A DNA stretch of 64,000 bases from Naegleria gruberi (lineage: Eukaryota): assembly GCA_000004985.1 (NCBI GenBank), contig GG738894.1, one strand, 5' to 3'. Both the position numbers and the translations under genes were made by a program. Under the pieces are notes generated by a model. That model was not told where the DNA came from, ran no database searches, and saw only the letters and a list, made by a program, of their open reading frames with translations. Shown here piece by piece: positions 12,001 to 21,728 of the stretch (positions are counted from its first letter, which is position 1; the number at the start of each line of letters is the position of its first letter).

Positions 12001-13039
12001 TTGTTGAAGAACCACTTCCAGAACGTGAGGAAGTATGAAAAGTATAACTATTTGGGAGAAATTGAGTTAGGGATGAGTTAGAATTTGAGGAGGAGATGGA
12101 ATTGGATGCCTTTCTTGTGGTAGGAAAATGGTGAGGAGAAGATGATGGTGTTGTGTTTTGATATGAAGATGAGGATGATCCAACAACATTCGTTGAAGCA
12201 TATTGTCCGTGAATACTTGTTGAATAATTATTATTATTATTATTATTTGACTCGTAGGTGTGCTGTTGTTGTTGTTGTTCTGGATTACTTGTCCAACTAT
12301 TGGCACTATGGCATGATAGGGGTGAAATGCACGGAGATTGATGTTGTGCTTGATGATGGCACTGATGATTATTGTTAGACATGAGGGAAATATTAATACG
12401 AGGTATGGAATGTCTTGCTTGTTGTATATGATGTAAATTCAAAACTTCATATTGAGCATCGTTGGAATCACTAATATCATCAGTAAATTCTTCTTGTTGT
12501 GATTCCTCACCGTTCCTTAAAGCAACATGTTCATGTTGTTGTTGTTGATGACCAGATGAATATTGGTGCCCAAAACAAAATTCATCCAAACCATGTGTAT
12601 TCAAAGAACAAGATTGGGCTTCCTTATCTAGTTGATTGGTTGGAATTGTACCACTACCGCTCGGCATGCTACTTTTTTTGTTAACTGTTTCATCTTCCGA
12701 CATGCTCGCTTGAATAAGATCATTTTGTTGTTCATGTGTGTTGTTGTTGTGTGGAGAGAAGTAAAGCAAAGAAATGGCAGCATCTTGTTGTTGATGAAGA
12801 GTACTTTCATGATGAGGGAGCGGAGAAGCATCTCTTGTGGTAGTATTCGCATCTTGTGGTGCTGATTTGGTGTAAATAATACTAAAAGTGTGTTCATCAT
12901 GTATTGGCGATGATGTTCGACTGGGGTTATCATTGATGTTATCTTTCCGTTCTTCCTTGTTGTTGTGTGTTGTTATTACTGGTTGTTGTGGTGTTGGTTT
13001 AGTATCATGATTGTCCTCACCACCTTCACGTCCAACCAT
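9035..13039 (-). CDS. Hybrid sensor histidine kinase with HisKA, HATPase_c and a C-terminal receiver. It has a polytopic membrane sensor region and a Q/N/H/S-rich N-terminal extension of about 500 aa. Intronless, 1334 aa.
   Basis: Single 1334-aa ORF. H-box IGNLSHEARNPLQGI, N-box NILSNAVKYT, G-boxes DTGCGIS and GYGLSISKSL. Receiver with VVEDNDINRKV...ILMDLLMPIMNG...K. Several hydrophobic helices upstream of the H-box. ATG 13039 in an A-rich context. Confidence 0.85.
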   Translation of the reverse strand: MVGREGGEDNHDTKPTPQQPVITTHNNKEERKDNINDNPSRTSSPIHDEHTFSIIYTKSAPQDANTTTRDASPLPHHESTLHQQQDAAISLLYFSPHNNNTHEQQNDLIQASMSEDETVNKKSSMPSGSGTIPTNQLDKEAQSCSLNTHGLDEFCFGHQYSSGHQQQQHEHVALRNGEESQQEEFTDDISDSNDAQYEVLNLHHIQQARHSIPRINISLMSNNNHQCHHQAQHQSPCISPLSCHSANSWTSNPEQQQQQHTYESNNNNNNNYSTSIHGQYASTNVVGSSSSSYQNTTPSSSPHHFPTTRKASNSISSSNSNSSLTQFLPNSYTFHTSSRSGSGSSTTHHELLSNIDQVIVGNKQKRKDSFILFYEQDQSLTDHSILEPIVIRTSSATNNSSPYESTSGVGSGSHISSLGDSQHPPQQQQQQLKRTSSSSQVDSSDVSSTCESLILTNQEANEASEHMEEENSYPASYYWKTLTGGFMKFFMSSLLNNHEVSTYLQSINTATKTSVEENSTSTVSTPDSSPSSSLPLPQDRRFSLSDDEALIIKFKSRHEQLAKANPKLMIAIAILLIYVSLVFINPVTHGYFVFWLGFVVEMSFNITIDTLCSTVTIKSIPKLELINICRTLIAIMGRIVVQTYYGPNFPFWILQTFPIIISVNIFYYRRIFSLINTATATFGCCLSIYISYIWEYDARGKMDEYILEEMKTKILEIIGLHFILTVGTYMFSRIMEQQSDDNARKQLELLKQQIVNTAKTKFIGNLSHEARNPLQGILCSIQLLKHETVNSEKSQIFNSQSFRETLDDIYYNSNLLLHIFSTSLQLTNLELGKIKLNEMKINLVDILESMIAVFIRNAEEKRISIGSFYNFKSLPKYMFLGDQSRVCQILMNILSNAVKYTDKGHVLLTAEQCTNKDLLRVGLKKDPEYTYVKFICKDTGCGISEAKTKDLFKKPFYKVDQETFNSTIQNSSNPIFEQYYKKSLTNNDIAIEDEERDFKENNGYGLSISKSLLDLMGGRIFIESKVDEYTKVTIIIPLKNLVGDYSGFDDYSSEFFESNQRTIEVLSKELHESIHHCTPEFYLLDKHNTLTGSVIKPYLQFLFPNSNVFESDLEAISKNADKTKYNIVLYNANTVEDFSNIPCLAIPISARGQFNDKRYISSPVRFRELVDVLLHYIKLFPCETNIIPPSSSNLFLTPTNILEKSIEPPQKKALVVEDNDINRKVIIKLLKLIGYENVDSCENGLDSVEKCKQSKYEVILMDLLMPIMNGKDASVQIRQGQNSKTPIIGITANIWETYETLKEFGFDSVLYKPIMLNKLKNEIEKVLQHSLTHP

Positions 13040-13506
13040 TTTTTCTCAATCTTGTTTTTGTTGGGTATGAGAAACAGATGTTAGCAAATAATTATCATTC
13101 AATGCTCCATTTCACTTTTGCCACTTGTCAAATCAAATTGACTGTTGGCATTTATGTCTTGTACTATTATGCGAAGTGTTTGGATTCTCTATTAAACCTA
13201 ACAAAAGACAATGCCTCAACACAATTTATCATAAATACAAGAAGATATTATTACGCACTACAGTTTTCCTCAACACAACTTTGAACAGCCTATTTAACAC
13301 CTTATTGTAATCCCAATTTCTATTCAATCCAAACAACCGTAATTTTTGCCTTGCTGCAGCATAAGGAAGGAGAATTTGTGTTCCATTGCAGAAATTTTCC
13401 TTATCAACGCTGATGGACACGAAAGAAAAAGTTGATCGGACGCCCATGTCTTTCTCATCATCAATTAGATTAGAAAAAAATTTAAAAAACAACAACTCAG
13501 AGAGAA

Positions 13507-15699
13507 ATGCATGAAGCACGTCGTCTCTCCATTCTTCTCAACCACTTGAATATCCATGTGGATCAAGAACAACAACAAAATTCCCTATCATCAAATTCAT
13601 GTTCATCATCTTCATCATCAAAACAACAACAAATAATTTATAATATTCCTTCCAATGCTTCTGATTTGAACTTTAAAGGGGATGATCATCATTTGGAATT
13701 ACCTGCTGATGAATCCCTGCATAGATATCATTTGATGCTCAAGAGAAAGGATCAACCACTCTACGATCAACTTCCAACCAAATCACTTTCATCATTGAAG
13801 GCTTTCCATTCCAAAGATTGTAAATCACTTGCTTCACGTCTTTTACAAACAGCTGAAAAGACTATTTTCGATAAGGGTTACACTGCAGCTCGTGAAGCTG
13901 TTTGGAAGATTTTAAATCAAGAAACTTTTACTATTGATAATGAATGGCAAGATCAACAACTCAGACTTCAAATTGTTTCACAATTCCGTGAATTCATCAA
14001 GAATAAGCCAATTACAACACAAGTTATGAATGAAAATATCTTCTTCTTTTTGGGAGCACTTGAATCTGCAATTCAATATGATACATCATTCACTGCTGCT
14101 CTTGTTGTTAGTATGCAATTATTTGGTACTTGTATTTACAAGCTAGGAACTGGAAGACATCAATACTTGTTGAATGATTTGAATTCTGGTCGTGATATTG
14201 GAAGTTTTTGCATGACTGAACTTACTCATGGTTCAAATACTAGAGCCATTGAAACAACAGCTCATTACGATCATGACAAGAAGGAATTCATCATCAACTC
14301 ACCAAGTGAATCATCTTACAAATATTGGATTGGTAATACTGCCTTCTTTGGAACCAAGACTTGTGTATTTGCTCAATTATATGTCAATAATGAAAATAAG
14401 GGTGTACATGTCTTTGTTGTTCCAATCAGAGATCAAGATACACTCGACATGTATCCAGGTATTACCATTAAGGATATTGGATCAAAGAATGGATGGCGTG
14501 GTGTTGCTAATGGTTGTCTTCGTTTTGATCATGTAAGAATTCCAGCTAGTGCCCTATTAAACAAGTATGGCGACATTGATACAAGTGGTAATTATACCAG
14601 TCAAATTAAGGATGAAAATGTAAGATTCGCCCTAACTTTGGCAGCATTGAGCATGGGAAGATTGCTCTATATTGCTGGTCCAACTTTTGCTTTGAGAGCT
14701 GGTTTGACCACAGCCATCAGATATGCTCACCAAAGAAGACAATTTGGTGGAAAGGATGGAAAGGAAAATTTAATTTGGGAATATCCAACTCATTTGAATA
14801 TGATGTTACCAATGGTTGCCATTTCACATGCTTTCCACTCTGGAATGGTTACTTTGGCTCATGAATGGGCAAGTGTCAACAATTCTAATATGGAAGATTT
14901 CCATGCTGTAGTTTCAGGTATTAAGGCCTACGTTTGTGAATATGTCACTCCTGCATTGAGAGAGTTGAGAGTTGCTTGTGGTGGTCACGGATACAGTTCA
15001 AACAATAGAATCAACATTCTCATGAATGATATGGATGTTTTCAATACTGCTGAAGGTGATGCCACTGTTTTGTATATTCAAGTTGCTAAATTCCTTCTTG
15101 GAAAGGCTTCAAAGAAGGCCAATAATAATCCAGTCCTCAAACTTGTTTTGAGTGCTGAACCAAAGGCTGCTCAAAATGTAAACTTATTGACATTTGAAAA
15201 TCAAGCAAAGGCATTGGCTTTCAGAGTCAAATCCTTATTGGAAAAGTGTTCCACCTCCATTGCTAAACACATGAAGGATAAGAAGGATGCCCAAACTGCA
15301 TTCAACTTGGCTCTTGTTGATGTAATTGAACTTGCAAGAAGTTACATTGAATTGGAAATGTTATTCAGACTCGACAAGTCTCTCATTAAGAATGCTGCTG
15401 ATGAACAAGTTAAGCAAGTTTTCAAGACCTTGTCTGATATTTATGCTCTCACAATCATCAAGCAAAACCTTTCCTATTATTTAGTTTATCAATATTTTGA
15501 TATTGACACATCCAAGAAGGTTATGGATGACATTCTTCCACATCTTTACCAAACAGTTAATCCAGACATTTTGGAAATTGTTGATTCCTTCAATATTCCA
15601 GATTCATTGTTGAGAGCACCATTAGGTTTGAGTAATAACCAAAGCTATGTCAAGAGAACACTCCAAAGCATTGGTTTCAAAGCTCCAACCATTGAATAA
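13507..15699 (+). CDS. Acyl-CoA oxidase (peroxisomal-type, ACOX family) with an N-terminal PTS2-like nonapeptide. Intronless, 730 aa.
   Basis: Full-length ACOX-like ORF including the GGHGYS motif. Residues 5-13, RLSILLNHL, fit the PTS2 consensus R-[LVIQ]-x-x-[LVIH]-[LSGA]-x-[HQ]-[LA]. No C-terminal PTS1 (ends -PTIE). Strong codon bias (AAG, TTG, AGA, GGT, GCT, CCA) suggests high expression. Confidence 0.85.
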   Translation: MHEARRLSILLNHLNIHVDQEQQQNSLSSNSCSSSSSSKQQQIIYNIPSNASDLNFKGDDHHLELPADESLHRYHLMLKRKDQPLYDQLPTKSLSSLKAFHSKDCKSLASRLLQTAEKTIFDKGYTAAREAVWKILNQETFTIDNEWQDQQLRLQIVSQFREFIKNKPITTQVMNENIFFFLGALESAIQYDTSFTAALVVSMQLFGTCIYKLGTGRHQYLLNDLNSGRDIGSFCMTELTHGSNTRAIETTAHYDHDKKEFIINSPSESSYKYWIGNTAFFGTKTCVFAQLYVNNENKGVHVFVVPIRDQDTLDMYPGITIKDIGSKNGWRGVANGCLRFDHVRIPASALLNKYGDIDTSGNYTSQIKDENVRFALTLAALSMGRLLYIAGPTFALRAGLTTAIRYAHQRRQFGGKDGKENLIWEYPTHLNMMLPMVAISHAFHSGMVTLAHEWASVNNSNMEDFHAVVSGIKAYVCEYVTPALRELRVACGGHGYSSNNRINILMNDMDVFNTAEGDATVLYIQVAKFLLGKASKKANNNPVLKLVLSAEPKAAQNVNLLTFENQAKALAFRVKSLLEKCSTSIAKHMKDKKDAQTAFNLALVDVIELARSYIELEMLFRLDKSLIKNAADEQVKQVFKTLSDIYALTIIKQNLSYYLVYQYFDIDTSKKVMDDILPHLYQTVNPDILEIVDSFNIPDSLLRAPLGLSNNQSYVKRTLQSIGFKAPTIE

Positions 15700-15866
15700 T
15701 AAAATATTTTAGACAATTATAAATCGGCTGTATTCTTCCAAAACAAGATGCACCAATCAAGCCTCAATGATCATTCCCGCCACAAATTTCAGTTCAAACT
15801 AGACCAATTAACGTTGACTTTCACTGGTCATCTCTCTGGAACTTAAAGGTTCAACAACACAAAAAA

Positions 15867-18800
15867 ATGGCCAAACAATCAAATCAAAGCACCAATGGCT
15901 TTTATTTATCCGTCATGATGATGATCGTGTTTCTATCATTGTGTTGTATGATTGAAAATTCTCTACAACAAAATTTTGTCACCTTCAATTATTATCCAAA
16001 TGAAGGGAAGCTTTTCTCCTCCGATAGCAAATTCGTCAATGTTCAGGGGAGTATTCAAAGTGGTTATTGTAATGCCCTACTGAGTGATTTTGAGCAGTAT
16101 GGAGCATCGGCTTTTTGTTTTTCAGACAATGCTGGTCTGACCATTTATTTGGGATATGGATATTCATTGAGTGGGATTAGATCAGGAACGGACAGTGATG
16201 GAAGATTTGTGAAAATTGAACCAGCTTCTTCTGTTGATTTCAGTGCTGCACTAGATCAGTTAACTATTAATCCTTCGAGAAATTCATATATGATTGTGAG
16301 TGCTGTGGGAAGCTATGTTAATCTGCCAGGAGCTCGATTAAGCTATTCCGTTATTACTAGTGATGCAAAAGTGAATCAATATTTGGCAAAACGTTATCAA
16401 ACTCAAAATCCAATTATTTTCTTTCCATTAACTGAACTTTCTGGTACCTCATTACAAATACAACTTTCTGCTAATTCGTCTGATTGGAATTTGGCGAGAT
16501 CAGCTTCTACGATCATTAAAAATGTTTCGTATGATAGGAGGACATCGTACAACTATGGAAAATCATCAACAAAGTGCGTAGACTATAATTGTTTTATAGA
16601 GACAATGGTAAACGAGACACTTGTGGATAATCCTTCAGTTAATTATTATTTTAATGGAAATTTAGCATCAAGTTTGAATAACTTTCAAATGGCAAAGTTT
16701 ACACCAGCAATTTTTAAATTGACATCTAGTTCTACAACTTTGAAAACTGTTTTCACCACAAACGAAACTTTAAACACTGACATAATAACTGATTCATTTT
16801 CATTATTAACTGGTTATTATTTGAAGAATGGTGATAAAATTCACTCTCAAAGTCAACCGATCACTATCATTTTGGAATCAAGAGACACAAATGCTTTCCC
16901 ATTGGAAGCTATTACTTCTCTGAATTGGTATTTGAGTGTTTCAGCAAGTGTTGACCTTTCTCAATATTCCAACAAGAGATATTTGACATTACCTGCCAAC
17001 ATATTCTCTTCCAATCAAGTTTTGGTAAAAGCAGAGGTCAATTTCAACGATGGAACGCAAATAACTCTTTCAACCACTTTATATATTCAGAATATTGGAA
17101 CTTTAACATTGACTATGGATCCAACAAGCCCATATCTCACATCGGGGGCACAAGTCAATTTGATAACTTATGTAAATGTACCTACAGTTACTATTCAATC
17201 CGTTGTGTATGAAGATAGCGCATCGAAATACATTTCTCTTGATTCAATCAAATCAGAGTTTAATACTAGCTCTATAATTTCCGCAACACTTAAGGCAGAT
17301 ACTCCAGGATCGCTTAGTTTTATGCAAACTATCAAGCTCACTTCAGGAATATCTCTCTATAATTATATTTCAACAAAGGTCATGCCTAAATATCCACTTA
17401 TTTCTGGTTGTTCTGTTTTGCCAAGTTATGGAATCGGTTATGAAGATTTGTTTGGAGTCTCATGTCCAATGGCTCTTGACCAAACCAAGATTTCATCCGT
17501 TAGAGTTGAAGTCTATCAAGACACCGAAAAGCTTTTCACCCTTTTCAATACCAAAACTGCAAACTTTGCAACAAGATTGCCTTTAACCTTAGCAACAACT
17601 AGTAGTTATGTACAGGTAACAATTACAGATATTTTTGGATATTCACACTCGTCTGTCAAATTTTATTACTCTGCTAGTATGAATCAAAATTATCCTACAA
17701 CACTGTTGGGCAGGATTGAAAGGATTCAATTCTATTTGAGCCAAACAAAGGCAAGAAACTTCCAAACGGCAACTAATTATGGTATATTGTTAAACTTGTT
17801 AACAAATGGCATGCTCACAAGTGCTACCGCAATTGAAATTTCTCAATATTCAGTACAATGGAACTCATTCTTGGATTATTTTGTATCTGAATTGGATATT
17901 CTAAGAAGAACCATTTTTCACAGCTCTGTCTACGATAGGGCTGTACCATTATTGGCACCTCTACTTAGAGAAATTGTTGATTTTGCCGATAAGGTTTCGG
18001 CATACACAACTTTAATATCAACAAAGAAACAAGTGCTTGTACAAAATGCAGAATTTTTGATTAGTAATGACAAATCAGGATGGCTATCTACGAGGGATCG
18101 TGCAGCTATTGTCAGAATTTTGGGATCAGTCACTGCTTCAGATCAAACAACGTTTTGGAATGTTACCTCATTAACAGATATTTCAGATTTCAGCACAGCT
18201 TTCAAATCACAACTTTCCAAGTTAGATTCCATGTTTAACAGAGGATTAGATTTATCTCCTTTTGGATTTAATAAGCAAATTAGCAAATTTGATACACTAT
18301 TCGATTTATCATCAGCCCAGAGAAGCATTTCAGGTTTGACAGTTCAAATGCCAGCATTAACTCTCAATGATTATGGTTATCCAGCCAATAGCTATTCTCT
18401 CTTACTTACAAGTTATGATATTTCAACTCAAGTATCCTCAAAGAAATTTAGTCTAAGTACTGGAAACTATTCAAGGTTTTGTGGAAATACACTCTTTTCA
18501 ATTGATGTTGGAAGGAGTGATGGAAGTATTTTGGGAGTTTCAGGACTCTCATCACCTATTATTCTCACAATGGATTTATCTCTTGATAGTTCTTTAGCCA
18601 CTTCAATTAGTAGTGTTAATTTTACTTGTAGATATTTGGCTGAAAACAATATGTGGTCTACGAGTGGTGTGGCAACAGAGGTCGTAACAGTTGGTTCAGC
18701 ATCAGTTAAAGTCAGATGTAAAAGTAACCATCTCAGTACCTTTACAGTTTTTGCAGATGATGTTTATGTCTCCACAACTAATAATTCAACAACCTCAAAT

Positions 18801-20036
18801 ACCGATAAGGTAATACAATCAGGATTATCGCAAGGAGAAATTGCTGCTGCTGTGGTAGTGCCTGTCGTTGTTGTTTTAATTATTACTGTAATTATTATTG
18901 GAATTGTTATTTTCCTGTTATTGAGAATGAAGAGAAAGAAAAAAGCTAATACAGCAGAACCTAAAAAGATGAAGAAAGAAATCAATGCTTACCAAGCTGA
19001 TTCAGTTAAATATGACGACCTAAAGATTGAAATGAGCAGTAACATGTTTATCTCTGATTACAAATCGCTCAATTCGAATACTATTCCTTCTGCAACTTCT
19101 GTTCAATCAACAGAGACACCAACGAGTTATAATGTTACAACTCCATCCACATCTACGAATGTCATTAACAAGAAATATGAAATTTTGGAAAAGATTGGTG
19201 CAGGAGGTTTCGGCGCAGTTTTTAGAGCTAGAAACTTGTTTTTCAATCATGGATCCAAAACTGTCAATGATTTGGAATATTATGCCATTAAGAAGATTCA
19301 ATTATCTGGTCTGTCCGAGTTGAATGACAAATTCAAGGAAGCTGTCAACATGTTCAAGATTCGTCACGAAAATTTAGTATCCTTGGAAGATGCAGTGGTT
19401 GATGAATCAACCAATTCCCTCTATCTAGTAATGAAATTTTATGGAAATGGAGATTTGGATCATTTTGTAAAGAGTAAGAGAATGCTTCCAGAACAAGTAC
19501 TTAAACAAATCATTGTTCAGGTTTGCAGAGGTTTGAAATATTTGGAAGAAGAAAGAGGTTTAATTCACAGAGATATCAAACCATCCAATGTATTTGTTGA
19601 ATATTTCGATTCTGAAAGAGATAACATTAAGGTAGTAGTGTCTGACTTTGGTTTAGCCAAAGAGTCGAACATGATGACTTCAGTTTCGTTTGCAGGAACA
19701 CCATTTTTCATGAGTCCACAAGCATTAATTGGTTCCAAGTACAGTTTCAATGCTGACATATTTTCACTAGGTTGTAGCATCTTTTTAATGATTACACACG
19801 ACATGTCCTCATCCATTGCTCAATTATACTTCCAAAAAGCAGGAAATCAAGGTCAGGTACATGAATTTATCAGAGACAATATTAAGAAGGCATGCCAGAA
19901 TAGTAGAACAATTTCATACAGTGATGAATTTATCGATATTTTATTGAAATTAATGGAATTTGATGCAGATACTAGACCTAATGCAGCAAAAGTTTTGGAA
20001 ATGATTGAAAATTCAGTGGAAATTACAACTGTTTAA
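15867..20036 (+). CDS. Receptor-like Ser/Thr protein kinase. Signal peptide, large glycosylated ectodomain ending in a GPS/GAIN-like motif, single TM, cytoplasmic kinase. Intronless, 1389 aa.
   Basis: N-terminal hydrophobic signal. About 980-aa ectodomain with many N-x-S/T sites. Near the membrane, FTCRYLAENNMWSTSGV...VKVRCKSNHLSTFTVFA resembles the GPS (C..W..C.C.HL..F) signature. TM is AAAVVVPVVVVLIITVIIIGIVIFLLL. Kinase motifs GAGGFGAV, AIKK, HRDIKPSN, DFGLAK. Confidence 0.75.
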   Translation: MAKQSNQSTNGFYLSVMMMIVFLSLCCMIENSLQQNFVTFNYYPNEGKLFSSDSKFVNVQGSIQSGYCNALLSDFEQYGASAFCFSDNAGLTIYLGYGYSLSGIRSGTDSDGRFVKIEPASSVDFSAALDQLTINPSRNSYMIVSAVGSYVNLPGARLSYSVITSDAKVNQYLAKRYQTQNPIIFFPLTELSGTSLQIQLSANSSDWNLARSASTIIKNVSYDRRTSYNYGKSSTKCVDYNCFIETMVNETLVDNPSVNYYFNGNLASSLNNFQMAKFTPAIFKLTSSSTTLKTVFTTNETLNTDIITDSFSLLTGYYLKNGDKIHSQSQPITIILESRDTNAFPLEAITSLNWYLSVSASVDLSQYSNKRYLTLPANIFSSNQVLVKAEVNFNDGTQITLSTTLYIQNIGTLTLTMDPTSPYLTSGAQVNLITYVNVPTVTIQSVVYEDSASKYISLDSIKSEFNTSSIISATLKADTPGSLSFMQTIKLTSGISLYNYISTKVMPKYPLISGCSVLPSYGIGYEDLFGVSCPMALDQTKISSVRVEVYQDTEKLFTLFNTKTANFATRLPLTLATTSSYVQVTITDIFGYSHSSVKFYYSASMNQNYPTTLLGRIERIQFYLSQTKARNFQTATNYGILLNLLTNGMLTSATAIEISQYSVQWNSFLDYFVSELDILRRTIFHSSVYDRAVPLLAPLLREIVDFADKVSAYTTLISTKKQVLVQNAEFLISNDKSGWLSTRDRAAIVRILGSVTASDQTTFWNVTSLTDISDFSTAFKSQLSKLDSMFNRGLDLSPFGFNKQISKFDTLFDLSSAQRSISGLTVQMPALTLNDYGYPANSYSLLLTSYDISTQVSSKKFSLSTGNYSRFCGNTLFSIDVGRSDGSILGVSGLSSPIILTMDLSLDSSLATSISSVNFTCRYLAENNMWSTSGVATEVVTVGSASVKVRCKSNHLSTFTVFADDVYVSTTNNSTTSNTDKVIQSGLSQGEIAAAVVVPVVVVLIITVIIIGIVIFLLLRMKRKKKANTAEPKKMKKEINAYQADSVKYDDLKIEMSSNMFISDYKSLNSNTIPSATSVQSTETPTSYNVTTPSTSTNVINKKYEILEKIGAGGFGAVFRARNLFFNHGSKTVNDLEYYAIKKIQLSGLSELNDKFKEAVNMFKIRHENLVSLEDAVVDESTNSLYLVMKFYGNGDLDHFVKSKRMLPEQVLKQIIVQVCRGLKYLEEERGLIHRDIKPSNVFVEYFDSERDNIKVVVSDFGLAKESNMMTSVSFAGTPFFMSPQALIGSKYSFNADIFSLGCSIFLMITHDMSSSIAQLYFQKAGNQGQVHEFIRDNIKKACQNSRTISYSDEFIDILLKLMEFDADTRPNAAKVLEMIENSVEITTV

Positions 20037-20367
20037 TGAACATTGTATATTTTCTACAGTTCAAATAAATAGTAGATTTATCAAACTACTATTTGCAAAT
20101 GTTATTCAAAAGAACAACAACTATGTTTCCAATTCCTAGTCCTTGTTCATTATTTAGAATGCAAGGAATTATCTGTTCTACATCCAGAACTATCAAACTA
20201 ACCACCATAGACAAGTGATATTTTAAACTCATAGTCGAACAGCAGTTCTCTGAAAACTTCATTGTAATACATTGATTGAAAGGGGCGGTCCAATTTTGTA
20301 TGTCGTTTCTTCTTTATTTAAACGAAAGCAGTTCAGGCTAACGAATACAACAACAATCAAAAAAAAA

Positions 20368-21531
20368 ATGTCGAAACTCAGAATTATTCTCGCTGTTGTG
20401 CTTGTTTGCATGGTAGCAGCATGTTGTATTGCCGAAACCACAGAAAGTGGAGAGTGGAAAGTTAAACTTCGTAATGAAGATTGTAAGAGAGAAATGAAAT
20501 TCTCCTTGTCAGATTCGAATAAGGTTGCCGAAATTGAATCCACTGGTGGATGTAAATCAAAGGACCCAGAAGGACTTATTCAAGGTTCTATTGCTAATAT
20601 TGAATTCCAATTTAATGTCAAGAAGGTGCCACTTGTCAGAATGAAAGCTCACACTGCTGTCAAAGTTGATAATGGACCAACCAAAGTTGTTAACATGGGT
20701 GGTTTGTTTGGATTCGAAAGATTATTCGAATATATTAACAATGATGGAAAGGATGGTTATCAAGTTAATGGAACAGACACTATCGTTCGTTCAATTGACT
20801 TGTCAACTGTTTCTTGGTCTCAAATCACAGTTCAAAAGACAGTTTTGAATGGTTCTTCAAATTCTTTCATTTATGAAGCTTCTTCCCAAGCAACTATTGC
20901 CAATTGGTGTACTTTCAAAATGTCAGCTGTCGTTTCTACTAGTGAAGTTCAAGTTACAAGCAATAAGACTCTTTCTCGTTCTGGAGTTATTCAAGTTTTG
21001 ACTCCTTCCTCACTCAAAGTTAATGTTGAATTGACAAATATTCAATATACTGCTGGTAATTCCTTATTAGGTATTAGTTCTATCACTGCTTATCGTGGAA
21101 ATTTGAAAGAAAAACCAACTCAAGATAAGCCAGTTGAAGAAAAGCCAGATGATGCTTCTCCTGATCAAGCTGTTAATCAATTTGATGGAGATGTCACTGA
21201 TCAAACTGGTTCTTCAGCAGTTGTTTTGCCAAAAGCATTCTTCTCATTCCAAACATTTGTTTCTAAATATCCAACTAGCTCACCAACAAGTATTTCTAGA
21301 TCTACTTTGGGAGTTTCACCATTCGTTGATGCTAACGAAGATTCTGTCAAGCAAATCAGAGATGATTTTGACACTAAGGGAAAGGTAAAGAGATTTTATG
21401 TCTCCTTATTGGAAAGAGTTGATAATTTCGTTTGGGATCCGACTGTTGGATCAAGCACATCTGGAAGTAATGGAATTTGGAGAGGATTCAGTGTTGTTTT
21501 GATGATTTGTTTTGCTTTCTTCATGTTGTAA
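20368..21531 (+). CDS. Secreted, probably GPI-anchored, cell-surface protein of unknown function
   Basis: ATG at 20368 in an A8 context. N-terminal signal MSKLRIILAVVLVCMVAACCIA, S/T-rich body, C-terminal hydrophobic tail GFSVVLMICFAFFML typical of a GPI-attachment signal. Confidence 0.5.
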   Translation: MSKLRIILAVVLVCMVAACCIAETTESGEWKVKLRNEDCKREMKFSLSDSNKVAEIESTGGCKSKDPEGLIQGSIANIEFQFNVKKVPLVRMKAHTAVKVDNGPTKVVNMGGLFGFERLFEYINNDGKDGYQVNGTDTIVRSIDLSTVSWSQITVQKTVLNGSSNSFIYEASSQATIANWCTFKMSAVVSTSEVQVTSNKTLSRSGVIQVLTPSSLKVNVELTNIQYTAGNSLLGISSITAYRGNLKEKPTQDKPVEEKPDDASPDQAVNQFDGDVTDQTGSSAVVLPKAFFSFQTFVSKYPTSSPTSISRSTLGVSPFVDANEDSVKQIRDDFDTKGKVKRFYVSLLERVDNFVWDPTVGSSTSGSNGIWRGFSVVLMICFAFFML

Positions 21532-21728
21532 AATAAAATTACTTTCTTGTACATTAAAACATTAAATATGTCTTAGAATAAATTATTACAAGAATTATTA
21601 TAATTTTTGGATAAATTTGGAAAGTGAATTGAGAATGGAAATTGGAGATTGATTCTGCTAACACCTGTTTAAAAATCACCTCCAGAAAAACGCCTAAAAT
21701 CTTTTTGTCATCATTCATTTAACAAAAA

